DNA of 63,686 bases, filler included. It is 4 parts of 4 records of this genome, joined end to end, with 100 filler letters (N's around TTAATTAATTAA, not from the genome) between each part and the next. Parts side by side here need not be neighbours in the genome. Positions count along the whole stretch, not along the records: positions 40,939 to 52,575 come from SRR20825019_1492; positions 52,676 to 63,686 come from SRR20825019_1495; 2 more parts are not named here. One strand, 5' to 3'. The position numbers were made by a program, and so were the translations under genes. Below the pieces are notes generated by a model that searched no databases, had not been told where the DNA came from, and worked only from the letters and a program-made list of their open reading frames with translations. How positions within the stretch are numbered: the first letter of the stretch is position 1; the number at the start of each line of letters is the position of its first letter. Below are positions 45,001-55,286 of the stretch, in pieces.

Positions 45001-45096
45001 GGCAACCTGTATCTGAGTAGCACACCATTCACATGGTATGTTACGGAGTACGTGCCACCACCCCAAGAGTCCTCCACAAATCCTATTCCCGGGTAG
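42043..45096 (+). CDS. Secreted protein with 7 Cys-rich MAR-like repeats, a short coiled coil and a C-terminal beta-rich (trefoil-like) domain
   Basis: Hydrophobic N-terminal signal; seven copies of C-x3-L-x3-C...W...AR...WRC(Y/F)xP..L...YD...Y.(T/S)...L...C; intronless ORF. Confidence 0.85.
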   Translation: MGATVRLRPYTWSEWAMFLWMSLLCVQCVVSIDIHINWHRTARLRSSVRDSMAPVDIDMTEDSNNENMGSAASFVTYSPSKECEGELDAYCRGHVQDGWGVTSLARHLEGTGPDTGSLWRCFDPDGLTMNGLRYDSQKGLANYVTMDKELKEVLNACMAKRGEGSTTALAHGCDRHLNQLCRDTLKDKSWGEYALARFLQGDTGKGDSMLQWRCFEPRALTSDTLSYDVESKGSYVTMNEELEKMASTPACIKPSNATNIMPGNIVAASPVALRTKRGKGMSAAPELSETPGGTAVHAAIVSRSYEPAGSCGPTLDQYCQQSVTEPWGPTSVARLSIGSVENGDTSMAWRCFNPFALNSTDMVTYDVTRDTKEYVSFSEELLDKLAECQLNVTSVVVSPLVHNTTEVPNPPQHPSVTLEAEVSQLKEEVKELKERQSEQRSQIKSLTPPKNAIPVVDVYGEAKGCDAALNGLCREVLSYRSWGSIALARKLPGSPKLNDEGRSLWRCYAPTALTSDFNAYDKGKGSTDYDTMDLGLTSALNKCMADRADNQAKFPPSRGCDVVLSKWCRGSVTYGWGSLAVARLLPASGEDSATSEWRCYAPSALTADTMEYDVKMGSTAYATEHTNLLKVLSDCESGIVTPTTISETTKPLSEYNDAKNCDQQLNGFCAARVQAGWAPIALARNLPGNAASNDASPRWRCYSPDALTADTLSYDATKASMEYFTLHDDIEEELERCLGDRGDTVVYKPAEGCDHRLNMWCRTNVKSEWGEVSLARLSTGSSGHSFEEGQAEMWRCYSPATLTADTMKYDEVEDSDKYWSNHEELEKQLKKCVASRKFGSGKSSAAPVTPTEGHQDSISSGGLANSLPGTYQVLSTLRSQTRQGPYLYDGGCIQPRATSQHVGPSEQWMFVNAKGSTMPEGSVNITTGDKLYIKSSAFNKYLNFNGGCSDIPGVDTEFIWSPVDAKSGLVQLVDSSGGQYLAVNDEGNLYLSSTPFTWYVTEYVPPPQESSTNPIPG
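42289..44538 (+). repeat. Seven intragenic ~75-80 aa protein repeats
   Basis: Units start near 42289, 42556, 42968, 43432, 43717, 44020 and 44296; each has four Cys and the WRC motif. Confidence 0.9.
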
Positions 45097-45210
45097 GGAC
45101 GCACCGTACAATCAGGACAATTGGTAAACTTTTTTCGTCTTAGTGGATGTGTCGAGTTTAATAGGATACTTGAAATCATGACCAAAAGGAAGGACCGCAC
45201 TCCCCAAGAA

Positions 45211-48200
45211 CTAGACTTGAATCCGCAGTCTCGTGAAGCGTTCTCCCGGGTCTAAGCTTTCTAGCCTGCCGGCATCGGGAGCCTCATCACCATCACCTTC
45301 AGGAGTAGAACCGCCTGGGTTACCACCAAAGCAAGCAAACATCCCCACCCCCTTTTGTTTGGCTTTCTTCTCTTCCCTCTCCCGTTTTTTACGTTCGATC
45401 TCCTCCCGCTTCGCTTCTGCCTTCTCCTGCTTTTGACGCTCCTTCTCCTCTTTCTCCCTGGCCTTTCGAGCCTTCTTGTTCATCTAGACAATATTAGCAC
45501 AGGACATTACAACCGAACGCAATGCTTACCTCGGAATCATCCGGAGTCAAATAACTTCCAGGGGAAGCATCCTCACCGAAGCTGATGACTCGAGTATTCT
45601 CCAGCGCTTTATTCTCCAGCGCTTTAGGTTTCCCGCCACACATGCATGAACCAAGCGCAGCATTCCGCTGCAAATTTGCCATCTTGGCCTTTTGCTTTCC
45701 GTGGAATTCACTTGCAGCCGCAGCATTTTCGAGCACCTTGGCTTCCTCTGCTTGCTTCTTCATCATGCGCTGATGCTCATCCTGACGCTTCTGTGCATCC
45801 AATTCTGCAACGCAATAGTCAATTGCACATTCATGGATTCCGCAGAGTCTAAATACATACCTTTCTTATCCTGCATATACTTGATGGTATACAAATGATA
45901 CAAATGGCATGACCTCAAGTGACGTACAATGGCCTCATTTGAGGTTTCAGCGGCAAATGGCCGCTCACACCCGATACACATTACAGGAGCACCGATGACC
46001 GTTTTGGAGATGTCACGCTCCTCTGGCCTGTCAATTTTTTTCCCCTTGTCGTCCCCATCCTCGCTCTTAACCGTTTCTTCCTTCTTTTTCTGCGGCGGTG
46101 CAGACAATTCAATAGCATTCTTCTCACGCTCTTCGTCATTAAGCTTCTTAACAATAACGGTTACCGAAGCAGAAGTCTTGTAGGAGTTATCATCGGCTTG
46201 AGCCGAAAGTGATTTCAGAATGACATCCCTCTTTTCGGCGGGTACGTTATCTCGAATTTCCATGAGGTAGAATTTGTCATTCACATCAATATCCCGGTCA
46301 AGCTCAATCGCAATACACAATTCACCGGAAGGCGCTGGTTTCTCAACGATTTCCAGGAATCGGGCAGGGTCCACATCTGCGTACTTCCGCTTCAGCCGTT
46401 CGTCGATGTTTTCACTGCGGCAGACTAAAGACTTGCCGAGGAACATCAAGGCATTAGCCAAAGTTGAAACCAGCCAAGACCGCTGCCCCTCATAGAATTC
46501 AGCGGTAGAGCGGTATGATGGAACATGGGCAACGATATCCATATCATACTTCACTTGCCAACCCAGAAGGGAAACGTGCCGTACAATATTCTCCATGGTA
46601 CCAAGCTCTGTGCCATTTCTGTAAACAATCCCTGTTGCTGGCTCCGTTATATGCTTAAACGCAATCTTCAAAGCAAGCATGCGGAACATAACAAATTGTG
46701 GCCCTACGCCTGATACATGACCATGAAAGAGTGTCTCGGGTCCAAGTCGGAGCGACCGGCCCATGACGCTATAGAAATACTGGCAAAAAATGGGAATAGC
46801 CGTGCTGATTCTAACCTTGTCTAGGCGTATAACATTCTTTCCAAATATACCACCAATCTTCTGGTTACGTTTCAATCGATCAAACATCTTCTTCACTGCT
46901 AATGCACTCCAAGTTACACCCATTTCCATAAATAACACAACGGCAGGTACTCCATTCTTCCATTGCTTGTTAAACATATAGGACAAGTAACTGTTGATTG
47001 TATGTCTTCTCGCACGAGGTGTGTTTTTGACGATGAAGAAACATCGCACATTGTCGCTGACATTGCACCTGCAGGCATACGACATTGCCGTCTCCTCCTC
47101 ATATATGCGATCATCTGTGCTAAGTCTTTTTAGGAGAACCTGGACCAGTTGACGAGAAGCCTGGTTCTCAAGGGTGTCACCATCTAGGTACATCATAACG
47201 TCGGCAGTTTGGAATCCACCCATCGCGGCAAGGTCATACCAAAGCTTTTCCTTGATATGGATCAGGGTGCGCTCAATATCATTCGGATCTTCATTGCGAA
47301 TAGGAACCACAACAGCGACACGATCCCAATTCTCCCTGTCAATCGTGTTGGATGTTCGGGTATAGTTCACCTCCTTTCTGATCGCCCACTCGTCCATTTT
47401 GGGGTTGCAAAAGACTCTGGCAGCTTTGAATATAGATGTATTAGAAGCAAGGTTACGGGCCAGAATGATTCGATGATAAAATTTGGAACAAATATTTCTA
47501 CGCAGTTTGTTCTGGCCTTCTGAAATAGACATTCCGCCTCTCCTATTTCTTGGTCGCGTTGGAGAGCCAACAGAGCCAAACGTCACCTTACCACTTTCCA
47601 CATCATCGTCATTCTTCTTTTTCACCAAAAACACCTTCTCCATTATTCTTCTATGAAACCGGTGCAAGATGGGGCTTAGCTTCATGAGCTTCTTATGGAC
47701 AACGTAAACTGAGAACAAAATCGATTCGATAAAGGGCAACACAAGGAAAATTCCCATGATTCCAAGGAAGAAAATCATGATATCTTTCCTGTAGCTCCCA
47801 ATATTTTGCGTAACCCCTTCCACACAAAGCGCAGCGATGCAATAGGTTAAAGTAATCCACCCCATGAAAGTGTAGAAATGAAAGCGTTGAATACTGCCTT
47901 GCTCTTGCTTCGCTGCGTCCCTCCTAAACTTTTTCTCGGTAGCGCTCTCTTTACCATCCCCAAACTCCTCCTCGTCTTCCCTTTCCTTGTATTTGTTTAG
48001 TCTTGCGAATGAATACAGAGGCATTAGCAACATATGGAATGGAAGGAGCAGTAGAGCACACACAGCACCTATCGGCACTATCAAAAGATTTTTTAGAGAC
48101 AAGATCTCGAAGTTAATAATTGGTGGTATTATCACAAATAAGAAAACCGCCAAAAAGTAAACCTCAAATACGAGAGTGTCTGTGCCTGCTACTGCTCTAT

Positions 48201-49068
48201 CGTAGATATCACTGGCAAGTAGCCAAAGCCACACCACTGAGTACATCATGGTCAAAATAGAATACTGAGAGGAATAGTCTTTTGCATCAAAAATATAGAT
48301 CACCACAGCAGTCATAAGCACCGAAAAACTGACAAAAAATGTTGTAAATTCCGAAGAATCAAAGTAACTGATGTCCTTATACAAAAACAACAAAAGACCA
48401 CAGAATATTCCTGGAAGAATAAGGACGCCTATCAAAAACCGCAGCTGGGAAAGGCCAATCCACAGCCTGGCCAGCAAGCGTATTCTTGACTTCTCTAACG
48501 GGGCACCTCGCAAAGTTTTCAAGTTTTCAGACTCAACAATGCGGTAAGGTTGCGCCTGATTTGCATACCATTCTGCTTGAAGAATATCAATTGTGTCAGT
48601 CACACGGGATTTTGCAGCATTTTCCTTTCTCCAACGGCGGGCCATGATGACTGCGCGTACAGCAAATCTAAACCTCCGCAGAGCCTTTTTTCGGCGTGCT
48701 TCGGCTTCTGCATCGATTCCCATGGAGCTCTGTGACCTGGTCTTTTTCAAACCTTTCACAAATCCTATTGACGCACGCCGAACCCCACCCATCGGCTTTG
48801 TGATCTGACCCCCAATTTGGCCTGTCAGTGAGCTGCGGCGGCGCACTGGGCGGGGTGGTTTGTTGATAGTTGCCCCTCCCACCAGTTTTCCCTTAAAAGG
48901 GTTACCATCTGAAGTTGTGTTTTTTTTGGCGCTGGGTGGCGTGTCCGTTATGGAGTTCCGTCGCTTCTTCTTCTTGTCCACCTTTTCAGGAGACCAGGAA
49001 AACTCATTGCTATTTGTTCTGGGGAGCTCGCGGTCTGCGTCCACAGCGGCTGCTTTCGATTTACCCAT
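45211..49068 (-). CDS. Chitin synthase-like (GT2) membrane protein, domain order permuted and catalytic motifs degenerate; two 3' introns
   Basis: GT2 landmarks VPIRNED, KNTPRARRHT, GGIFG, QYFYS...ETLFHGHVSGVGPQFVMFR and GQRSW; TM block with PLYSFARLN lies N-terminal. Introns 45805-45860 and 45484-45529 join the ORF-track pieces in frame. Confidence 0.75.
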
Positions 49069-50277
49069 CACGACTCCAATATACGTGCTCGTAGATATTT
49101 TTGTTCATCTAAATATGTGCGCCAGCGTGTTGCTGCACCTCCACGTGGCCTAACTAAGGCTTTTTGACATGGCACTCGGAGAGAATGAAAGCTACTTGGC
49201 GTTTCTGATGAGCAAAAGTGTCGATATCAAATCGCCGGGTCCGGTTCTTTCTTGCTCAGGCTCGCTGAATGGAACTGCACGATCCAAGGCACGAAAATGA
49301 TGACGTTTCGTCAACCAAGCGGGTGCAGTGTGCGTTGGGCCGGCCCTGTCGGTGGGCCCCCGACACTGATTGGGTGACATTGATCGGATGACGACTCGGT
49401 GCCGCGCACGCACGCCGATCGGACCCCGGCACCACGCGCCGGCGGCTGGCGGGTCCGCGCCGGCCGGCCCCCGCCCGGGCGGGCCGTCACGAGTCACGGT
49501 TCGCCCGGGCCGGCGAGTCGGCCCCGGGCTGCCACCGGTTTGAACTCTCGACGGCCAGAGCTCAGCACTGAGCACGGTTAGCCTCGTGATCGCGGAGGGG
49601 GAAGTCGGGTCGACCGGGAGGACATCTCACTGCGGGCATGATGAATGCATGACCTCGACCGTTGCCTTCGTTCGGCCCCTGATCCAAGATTGATTCGATG
49701 CGGTTGTTGAGGCGACTAGGCTGTTTGCAGGAAGAACCGAGAACCGCGCACGACGCGGGGCTGGACAGGCTCAAAACCCCGAGCTAATTTAAAGTCTATT
49801 TTTGACTTCTGGAAATGTCTTCCGGTTATGGTCGCCGGTTGGTTCGGAGGACCTTCTTGTGGCCGAGTGACGACTGCCCGGCCTGGCGGAATGGGCCGAT
49901 CGGCCCGTGCATGACCCTTGGACCCGGCGGCGGGCGCGCGAACCACCGTCAATACTGACGCCTGGTTGGCGACCCGCTCAGATCCGAGAGTCTTTTAGAC
50001 TATCATCATGGGCCCCATCCGTGCGTGGCCTGAAATCATCCTCAGCCGCCGCCAGTGGGGTGTATGCAACTTTGGCTACGACCACCAAGGACCGCCCCGC
50101 CGAGGCCTGGACCCGGCGGAAACGGTGCCAAGATATGCGTACAACTTGACGCCTGAAGGCCGGCAGTTCGAGGTGGGCGGAGGCCACGCTGACCTAGCTT
50201 ACCTTCAGTTTACCGGCGCAACGGAAGCAGCCTGCTGCTGTGTCACCCTTTTAAAGTAGGCAACACCTGGGCAAAAG

Positions 50278-51953
50278 ATGATACAAGGAGCCATGCCACC
50301 AGCAAGCTCGTGCTATCGCTGTAGGTCCCGGAAGCAAAAGTTAGTTGTTCCAGTACTTGATCTTTCGACCAAGTCTAACTGATCCAATAGATGTGACCGA
50401 GTGCGCCCTCGATGCCGTCGTTGTGCGCGAAATGATATACCTTGCTCATATCCCGAGGTAAGGCTGCCGAACTGACGGTTCTTTCCGGAGCTGAGTGTGC
50501 ATTTGTTCAATATTAGGAAGCCCTCCCGGAGCCTCAGAAAGAAAACAGCGTTAAGAACACAACAGATTCGGAAGACAGCGCAACGATTGTAGCACTACCT
50601 TATCATGAGGTTTACAATGAACAAATGCACGCTGTTGTGGATACTATGTCAACTAGCTTCCTTACTATGTACCCTGATGCTGAGTACGTCGTTGCATGGT
50701 TTGATATCCCGTGCGATCGCTAATGTATTCTCAGTTTTCGTCCATATGCTGTTCATCACTATTGGACTCAGCTGTTGGATGCTGAACCTCAGGATGTTGG
50801 TTTGGAACAATCTACGCCAGTTGGCGACATGATAGTTTGTTTGCAATACTCTGCACTATTCGCAAAGGGCATGGCACAAATAGGCGATGCGCGGTCAACT
50901 CATATGTCGGATTTGGCAAACCATTTTCAAACAATGATCGTTTCTCGGGGTGTGCAATCACTGAACTTCCTTGAGGTATAGAGCTTGTGAGAAAGGTGCA
51001 TTCACTATTCTCTCTGACATCGGCCAGTTGAAACGTTTCTTGTTTGGTGTGATAACATTAGCCTGGGCTCACATGGAGCACAGAGAAGTAGGCCTATTCT
51101 CGACATGCCTGGAAATAGCCTTCAATCTATGCCATCTCTTACCTGATGATTCGCAATACCGGAGGACGATGGGCAACTTTGTTGAGTGCGTTCATCTTTC
51201 ATCTTGGTTGTGCATGCACACTTACATTTGGTTTACAGAGCTCTAAGCCTTTTTCCTCGGGGGCCAGTAAATGCTGATTTGCTCCTAGCTGCCCTGGCGA
51301 AGCCCTTGGACTTCAATTTGGTATGATGGTGTAGTCTTTTGAGTGTAGTTGTACTTACCATCATCGCAGAGAGATATGAAAGAAGAGGAGGCATTCTGCC
51401 AGTTTCGCAATGCCAAATACACAATTGCCTTCGTAGCAATGCAACTATGTGCCGATGCTTGCATGCCGATGCAGACTTGGTGTTTCGATAACCCCTTGCC
51501 CCCATTATCAGAACAAGCGGCAAAACTTATAGAGTGAGATTTGGCAATGATGTGCATCTTTCCACACACTAACGAGGACGCTTCAGCATTTTACATGAGA
51601 GGTTTCTGACTGTTAGAGACCTTGGCGAGACAATTTCAGGAATGTGTAAGCCTCACCGGCCGATATCTGCGTTGGAAGACCTGTGTTGCGGGCCATTGGC
51701 AATGTGCTTTTATCGACGAGGGCATGTTCAGGATGCATCTATCTTGTGCAGGGAAATTTTCCATCGGTTTGGTGTTCGCTTGTATCCCCCGTGGAGAGGA
51801 AGCTCTGTATCGGTTGGCCTAGCTCTGCATACAACCTACTTGATGGAGCCGCAACTGTTCTCACAGAGGAAAGAAGTTGTGAAGAAACTCACCGACAATT
51901 TTGCCCCTACGATTGCGGCGATTGTCGCAAAGTCAACGACTACATCGATATAG
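50278..51953 (+). CDS. Zn(II)2Cys6 binuclear-cluster transcription factor, spliced
   Basis: Splicing out 50340-50390 gives CYRCRSRKQKCDRVRPRCRRCARNDIPC. Introns 50458-50516, 50684-50734, 50976-51027, 51186-51238, 51321-51369 and 51534-51586 keep one frame open to TAG at 51953. Confidence 0.85.
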
Positions 51954-52039
51954 TCTAGGGGTGCCCTGAACCTGAAGTTCTCACTGCCAGTCCAGTAGAG
52001 GTCTACTGACGCGAGGCACGCCGGTCCTCGCGGATCCGA

Positions 52040-52575
52040 TTCGTGATCCAGTCCGAGGGCGTCGTGTGCCGTGCAGTGAAAGTGAAGTGAGTGGTGTCGT
52101 CAGGCGGCGTGTCCGTCCGGTTGAGTCCAGTGAGCGGTCACCTCCACGGCCGATGCCGGATGCGGTGCGGAGGATCGCACGGGCCCGCCGCCGGCCCCTG
52201 GGCAGGCCGGGCGGGGCCGGCGCGCCGGCCGGCCAAAGCGAGTCCGCGGTGAGGCCGGGCCAGTCGGGCCGGGTCGGCCCGGGGCCGGCGAGCCCGGCGG
52301 TGCCGTGACCGAGCCTCCCGTCCGCTCATCAGCACGGTCCGGTCAGGCCCGAGTCAGTCAGCCTAGCCGTGCCCGGGGAGCCGCGGGAGGCTGCCCGGGC
52401 CCGGCCAGTCCCGGCGGAGCCCGCGTCCGCGTCCGGCCCCTGGACCCCCGGGTGGCCCGCCGTGTCGGTACCGTACCCCGGCGGCCGGCAGGCTACGGTA
52501 CAGTGAGTACCACCGGGTCGGCCCGTCACGGAGGCCTCGGGGTCAGTGAGTGGCGTCAGTGACCCCCGCGGGGCT
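52040..52575. other. GC-rich intergenic island at the contig end
   Basis: GGCC/CCGG-rich low-complexity sequence like 3985-4500 and 8700-8909. Confidence 0.6.
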
Positions 52576-52675
52576 NNNNNNNNNNNNNNNNNNNNNNNNN
52601 NNNNNNNNNNNNNNNNNNNTTAATTAATTAANNNNNNNNNNNNNNNNNNNNNNNNNNNNNNNNNNNNNNNNNNNN
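52576..52675. other. Artificial contig-joining spacer
   Basis: N runs flanking TTAATTAATTAA. Confidence 0.99.
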
Positions 52676-52762
52676 GTGGAGCATTCAACGCCTCTGAACT
52701 TGATTTTGTTATCGGCATTGGATGCTATTTGAGTATATTTATGGATACAATATCATATGTAC

Positions 52763-53854
52763 TCAATCACTCCCGAGATCGATCACCGATCCATGGCGCA
52801 CATGAGAGATCGGCAGGTAATAGGTTTGCGGTTCGCCCGGTCGGTCGGCGATCCGCTCCCGGATGAGGCGTTCGAAAACGGCAAGCTTCTCGTCATGGCT
52901 GTTGCCGACAACGTCAAACCGGCCGAGATGCTCGGATTGGAAATCCGTGCTGCCGAGCATCACGACGCTGAGGTCTCTTCCCGCCTCGATGCCGAGTTCG
53001 GCGAGCGCCCGCTCCAGAACGAAGCCTTCGACGACGCCCCAGGCGATCAGGCCGGTAAACGGAAGCCGCCCGTCGGCATCGGCATACCGCCCGATTGCCG
53101 CGGCGATGTCGTCGATCTGGTAGCTGCCGGGCAGCGCGTTCAACTCGATCAGGAAGCGCTGTGCGGGGTCGGGCAGGACGCTGCCGAGCAGGTCGAATTC
53201 GCGGCGCGCCATGGCAATCTGGCGGGCATGATGGGCCGAGGTCAGGAACGCGATCTTTTCGTGGCCGTTTTGCCGGAACGTCCGGAAGGCGATCGACAGC
53301 GCCTCGCGCCAGTTGGTGCCGATGGCATCGACATCGATGCCTGTCGCCGAAACGCCGTCGATGACGATATGGTCGGCCTGCCTGTGGAGCGCGGCCAGAA
53401 ACGCGACCGTCAGGATCTCGAAATTCACCTGGATGAGGCAGGCGCGGAACCGCCCGATCCGTTCCAGGACGTCGATCGCCTGGGCGTCGCTCGAAAATCC
53501 GAGTTGAAGAACCGAGAAGCCGGCGGATTTCAGCCGCGCCGCAACTTCCTGAAGCGTCACGCGCGCAAGCCGGCTGTCTGAATTCCGGTAAAGAATCAGC
53601 AGGTCCGCTGCATAGACGTCCGTCGCGTTTTCCTCGGCCCTGCCGGTCACGACGATGCCCGCGCCGGGGCGGGCTATCAGGCGGCCGTCTTCGAGAAACG
53701 GTTTCAGGGCCGCCTCCACGGTGCGCTGTGCCGTTCCGAATTCGCGCATCAGATGACGAACGGTCGGAAGCCGTTCGCCCGGCGATGCCTTGTCGATCCT
53801 GTCTTGCGCCCAGCGACCGATCGCGGCGACGACCTGCTTTGTTTTGTTCTGCAT
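52763..53854 (-). CDS. GntR-type HTH regulator with a periplasmic-binding-protein-like (LacI-type) effector domain
   Basis: PGERLPTVRHLMREFGTAQRTVEAAL...ARPGAGIVV winged HTH; C-terminal GHEKIAFL and GRDLSVVML. Confidence 0.85.
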   Translation of the reverse strand: MQNKTKQVVAAIGRWAQDRIDKASPGERLPTVRHLMREFGTAQRTVEAALKPFLEDGRLIARPGAGIVVTGRAEENATDVYAADLLILYRNSDSRLARVTLQEVAARLKSAGFSVLQLGFSSDAQAIDVLERIGRFRACLIQVNFEILTVAFLAALHRQADHIVIDGVSATGIDVDAIGTNWREALSIAFRTFRQNGHEKIAFLTSAHHARQIAMARREFDLLGSVLPDPAQRFLIELNALPGSYQIDDIAAAIGRYADADGRLPFTGLIAWGVVEGFVLERALAELGIEAGRDLSVVMLGSTDFQSEHLGRFDVVGNSHDEKLAVFERLIRERIADRPGEPQTYYLPISHVRHGSVIDLGSD

Positions 53855-53927
53855 CCGGGTATTATGAGTATAATATATACCCAATGCAAGCCGCGAGGCC
53901 TTTCCGCCTTGCCCGGCTGACGGCGGC

Positions 53928-55067
53928 CTATGCGGAAAAGTGGTAAAGCGGCTTTCTGTCGATGGCGCTTCCGGGAACGAGTATGTGGGCCCGGAGCGCG
54001 TCCTTTTCGAACCGCACGCCATGTCCCGGCGCATCGGAGACGGCGTGTTTTCCCCCGCTGATCGGCAGCGGCGCGGCGGTCGCGCCGAAATCGAACAGGT
54101 TGAGGCCGAAGATATTTTCCACATGCATGGCGTTCGGCAGCGCCGCGGCGAGGTGGATCGAGAGTTCCAGCGCCCCGTGAGGGGAGACCGGAATGCCCGC
54201 TGCCGCGCCGAGCGCCGCGATCTTCATGAATTCGGTAATGCCACCGACCTTCCAGACATCGGGCTGCAGGAAATCCAGCGCGCCGGCGCGGATATAGTTC
54301 CAGAACTCGAAACGGTTGCATAGCTGCTCGCCGGCCGCGATCGGCATGCCGGTTGCCGCCCGCAAGACTGAATGGCCGTCGATCGTATCGGAAAGCAGCG
54401 GTTCTTCCAGAAACAGCGGCGCGGCCTCGAGAAGCAGGCGGGAACGCTGGATCGCCTCGCCGAGCGACCACTTCTGATTGGCATCGAGCATCAGCTGGCA
54501 GTCCGCTCCGATCAGTTCCCGAACCGCCATTGTGCGCTCCCGGTCCTCATGCAGCCCGGGCCTTCCGACCTTGAGCTTGAACGCTCTGTAGCCCTCGCCA
54601 AGCTGCCCGCGCGTCTGTTCCAGAAGCTCGTCCACCGAAAGGTGAAGGTTGATGGCGCTGGCATAGACCTCGACCGCGCTTCGGGCGCCGCCCAGCAGCC
54701 GGTAGAGCGGCTCGCCGGCGGCCTTCGCCTTGAGATCCCACATTGCGATGTCGATCGCCGAAAGCGCCAGCGTGGTGATGCCGCCCGGCCCGGCGGCATG
54801 GCATTCCATCCACAATCGTTGCCACACCTGCTCGGTGTTGCGTGGGTCCATCCCGATCAGCATCGGGGCAAGATAGCCTGTGATCAAGGCTTCGGCGGCC
54901 GCCGCGCCCACGCCTGCCGTCGTGCACCAGCCGGTCCCGCTGCTGCCGTCCGGCGCGGCCACCTCGACCAGAACCAGTTCGCGATGGGTCATGGTCACGC
55001 GGCTTGAGGTAAACGGCTGCTTCAGCGGCAGCCGGTAGCCGCTGCAGCGCACTTCGGTAATCTTCAT
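53928..55067 (-). CDS. Mandelate racemase/muconate lactonizing enzyme (enolase superfamily) protein
   Basis: AIDIAMWDLKAK, KxK (FKLKVG), metal ligands DANQ/EEP/GEQ, QPD and SPH catalytic His. Confidence 0.92.
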   Translation of the reverse strand: MKITEVRCSGYRLPLKQPFTSSRVTMTHRELVLVEVAAPDGSSGTGWCTTAGVGAAAAEALITGYLAPMLIGMDPRNTEQVWQRLWMECHAAGPGGITTLALSAIDIAMWDLKAKAAGEPLYRLLGGARSAVEVYASAINLHLSVDELLEQTRGQLGEGYRAFKLKVGRPGLHEDRERTMAVRELIGADCQLMLDANQKWSLGEAIQRSRLLLEAAPLFLEEPLLSDTIDGHSVLRAATGMPIAAGEQLCNRFEFWNYIRAGALDFLQPDVWKVGGITEFMKIAALGAAAGIPVSPHGALELSIHLAAALPNAMHVENIFGLNLFDFGATAAPLPISGGKHAVSDAPGHGVRFEKDALRAHILVPGSAIDRKPLYHFSA

Positions 55068-55286
55068 GTCGGTCGTCACCTCCCTCGTTCGCCCGGAAAG
55101 CACTGCTGGCCTGCCTGTCGCCGGGTACCGTTGCATCTTGCCGAACCGGAAAGCGGTGGACCTCGTCGTTATCCGCGCTTTTCGCCTGACGAAACGCAGC
55201 CGTGAGAGCAGTTTCGTTGAAACGGCATCCGGATATTGTGAGCTCGCCGCGGCGACTTCTCCAATAAAACAAGAAATGCTTGAAAC

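Noticed and set aside
45763-45860. Apparent premature stop or frameshift at the end of the chitin synthase-like ORF
   Set aside because: It is explained by a canonical 56-nt GT-AG intron (45805-45860), so it is not a pseudogene lesion.
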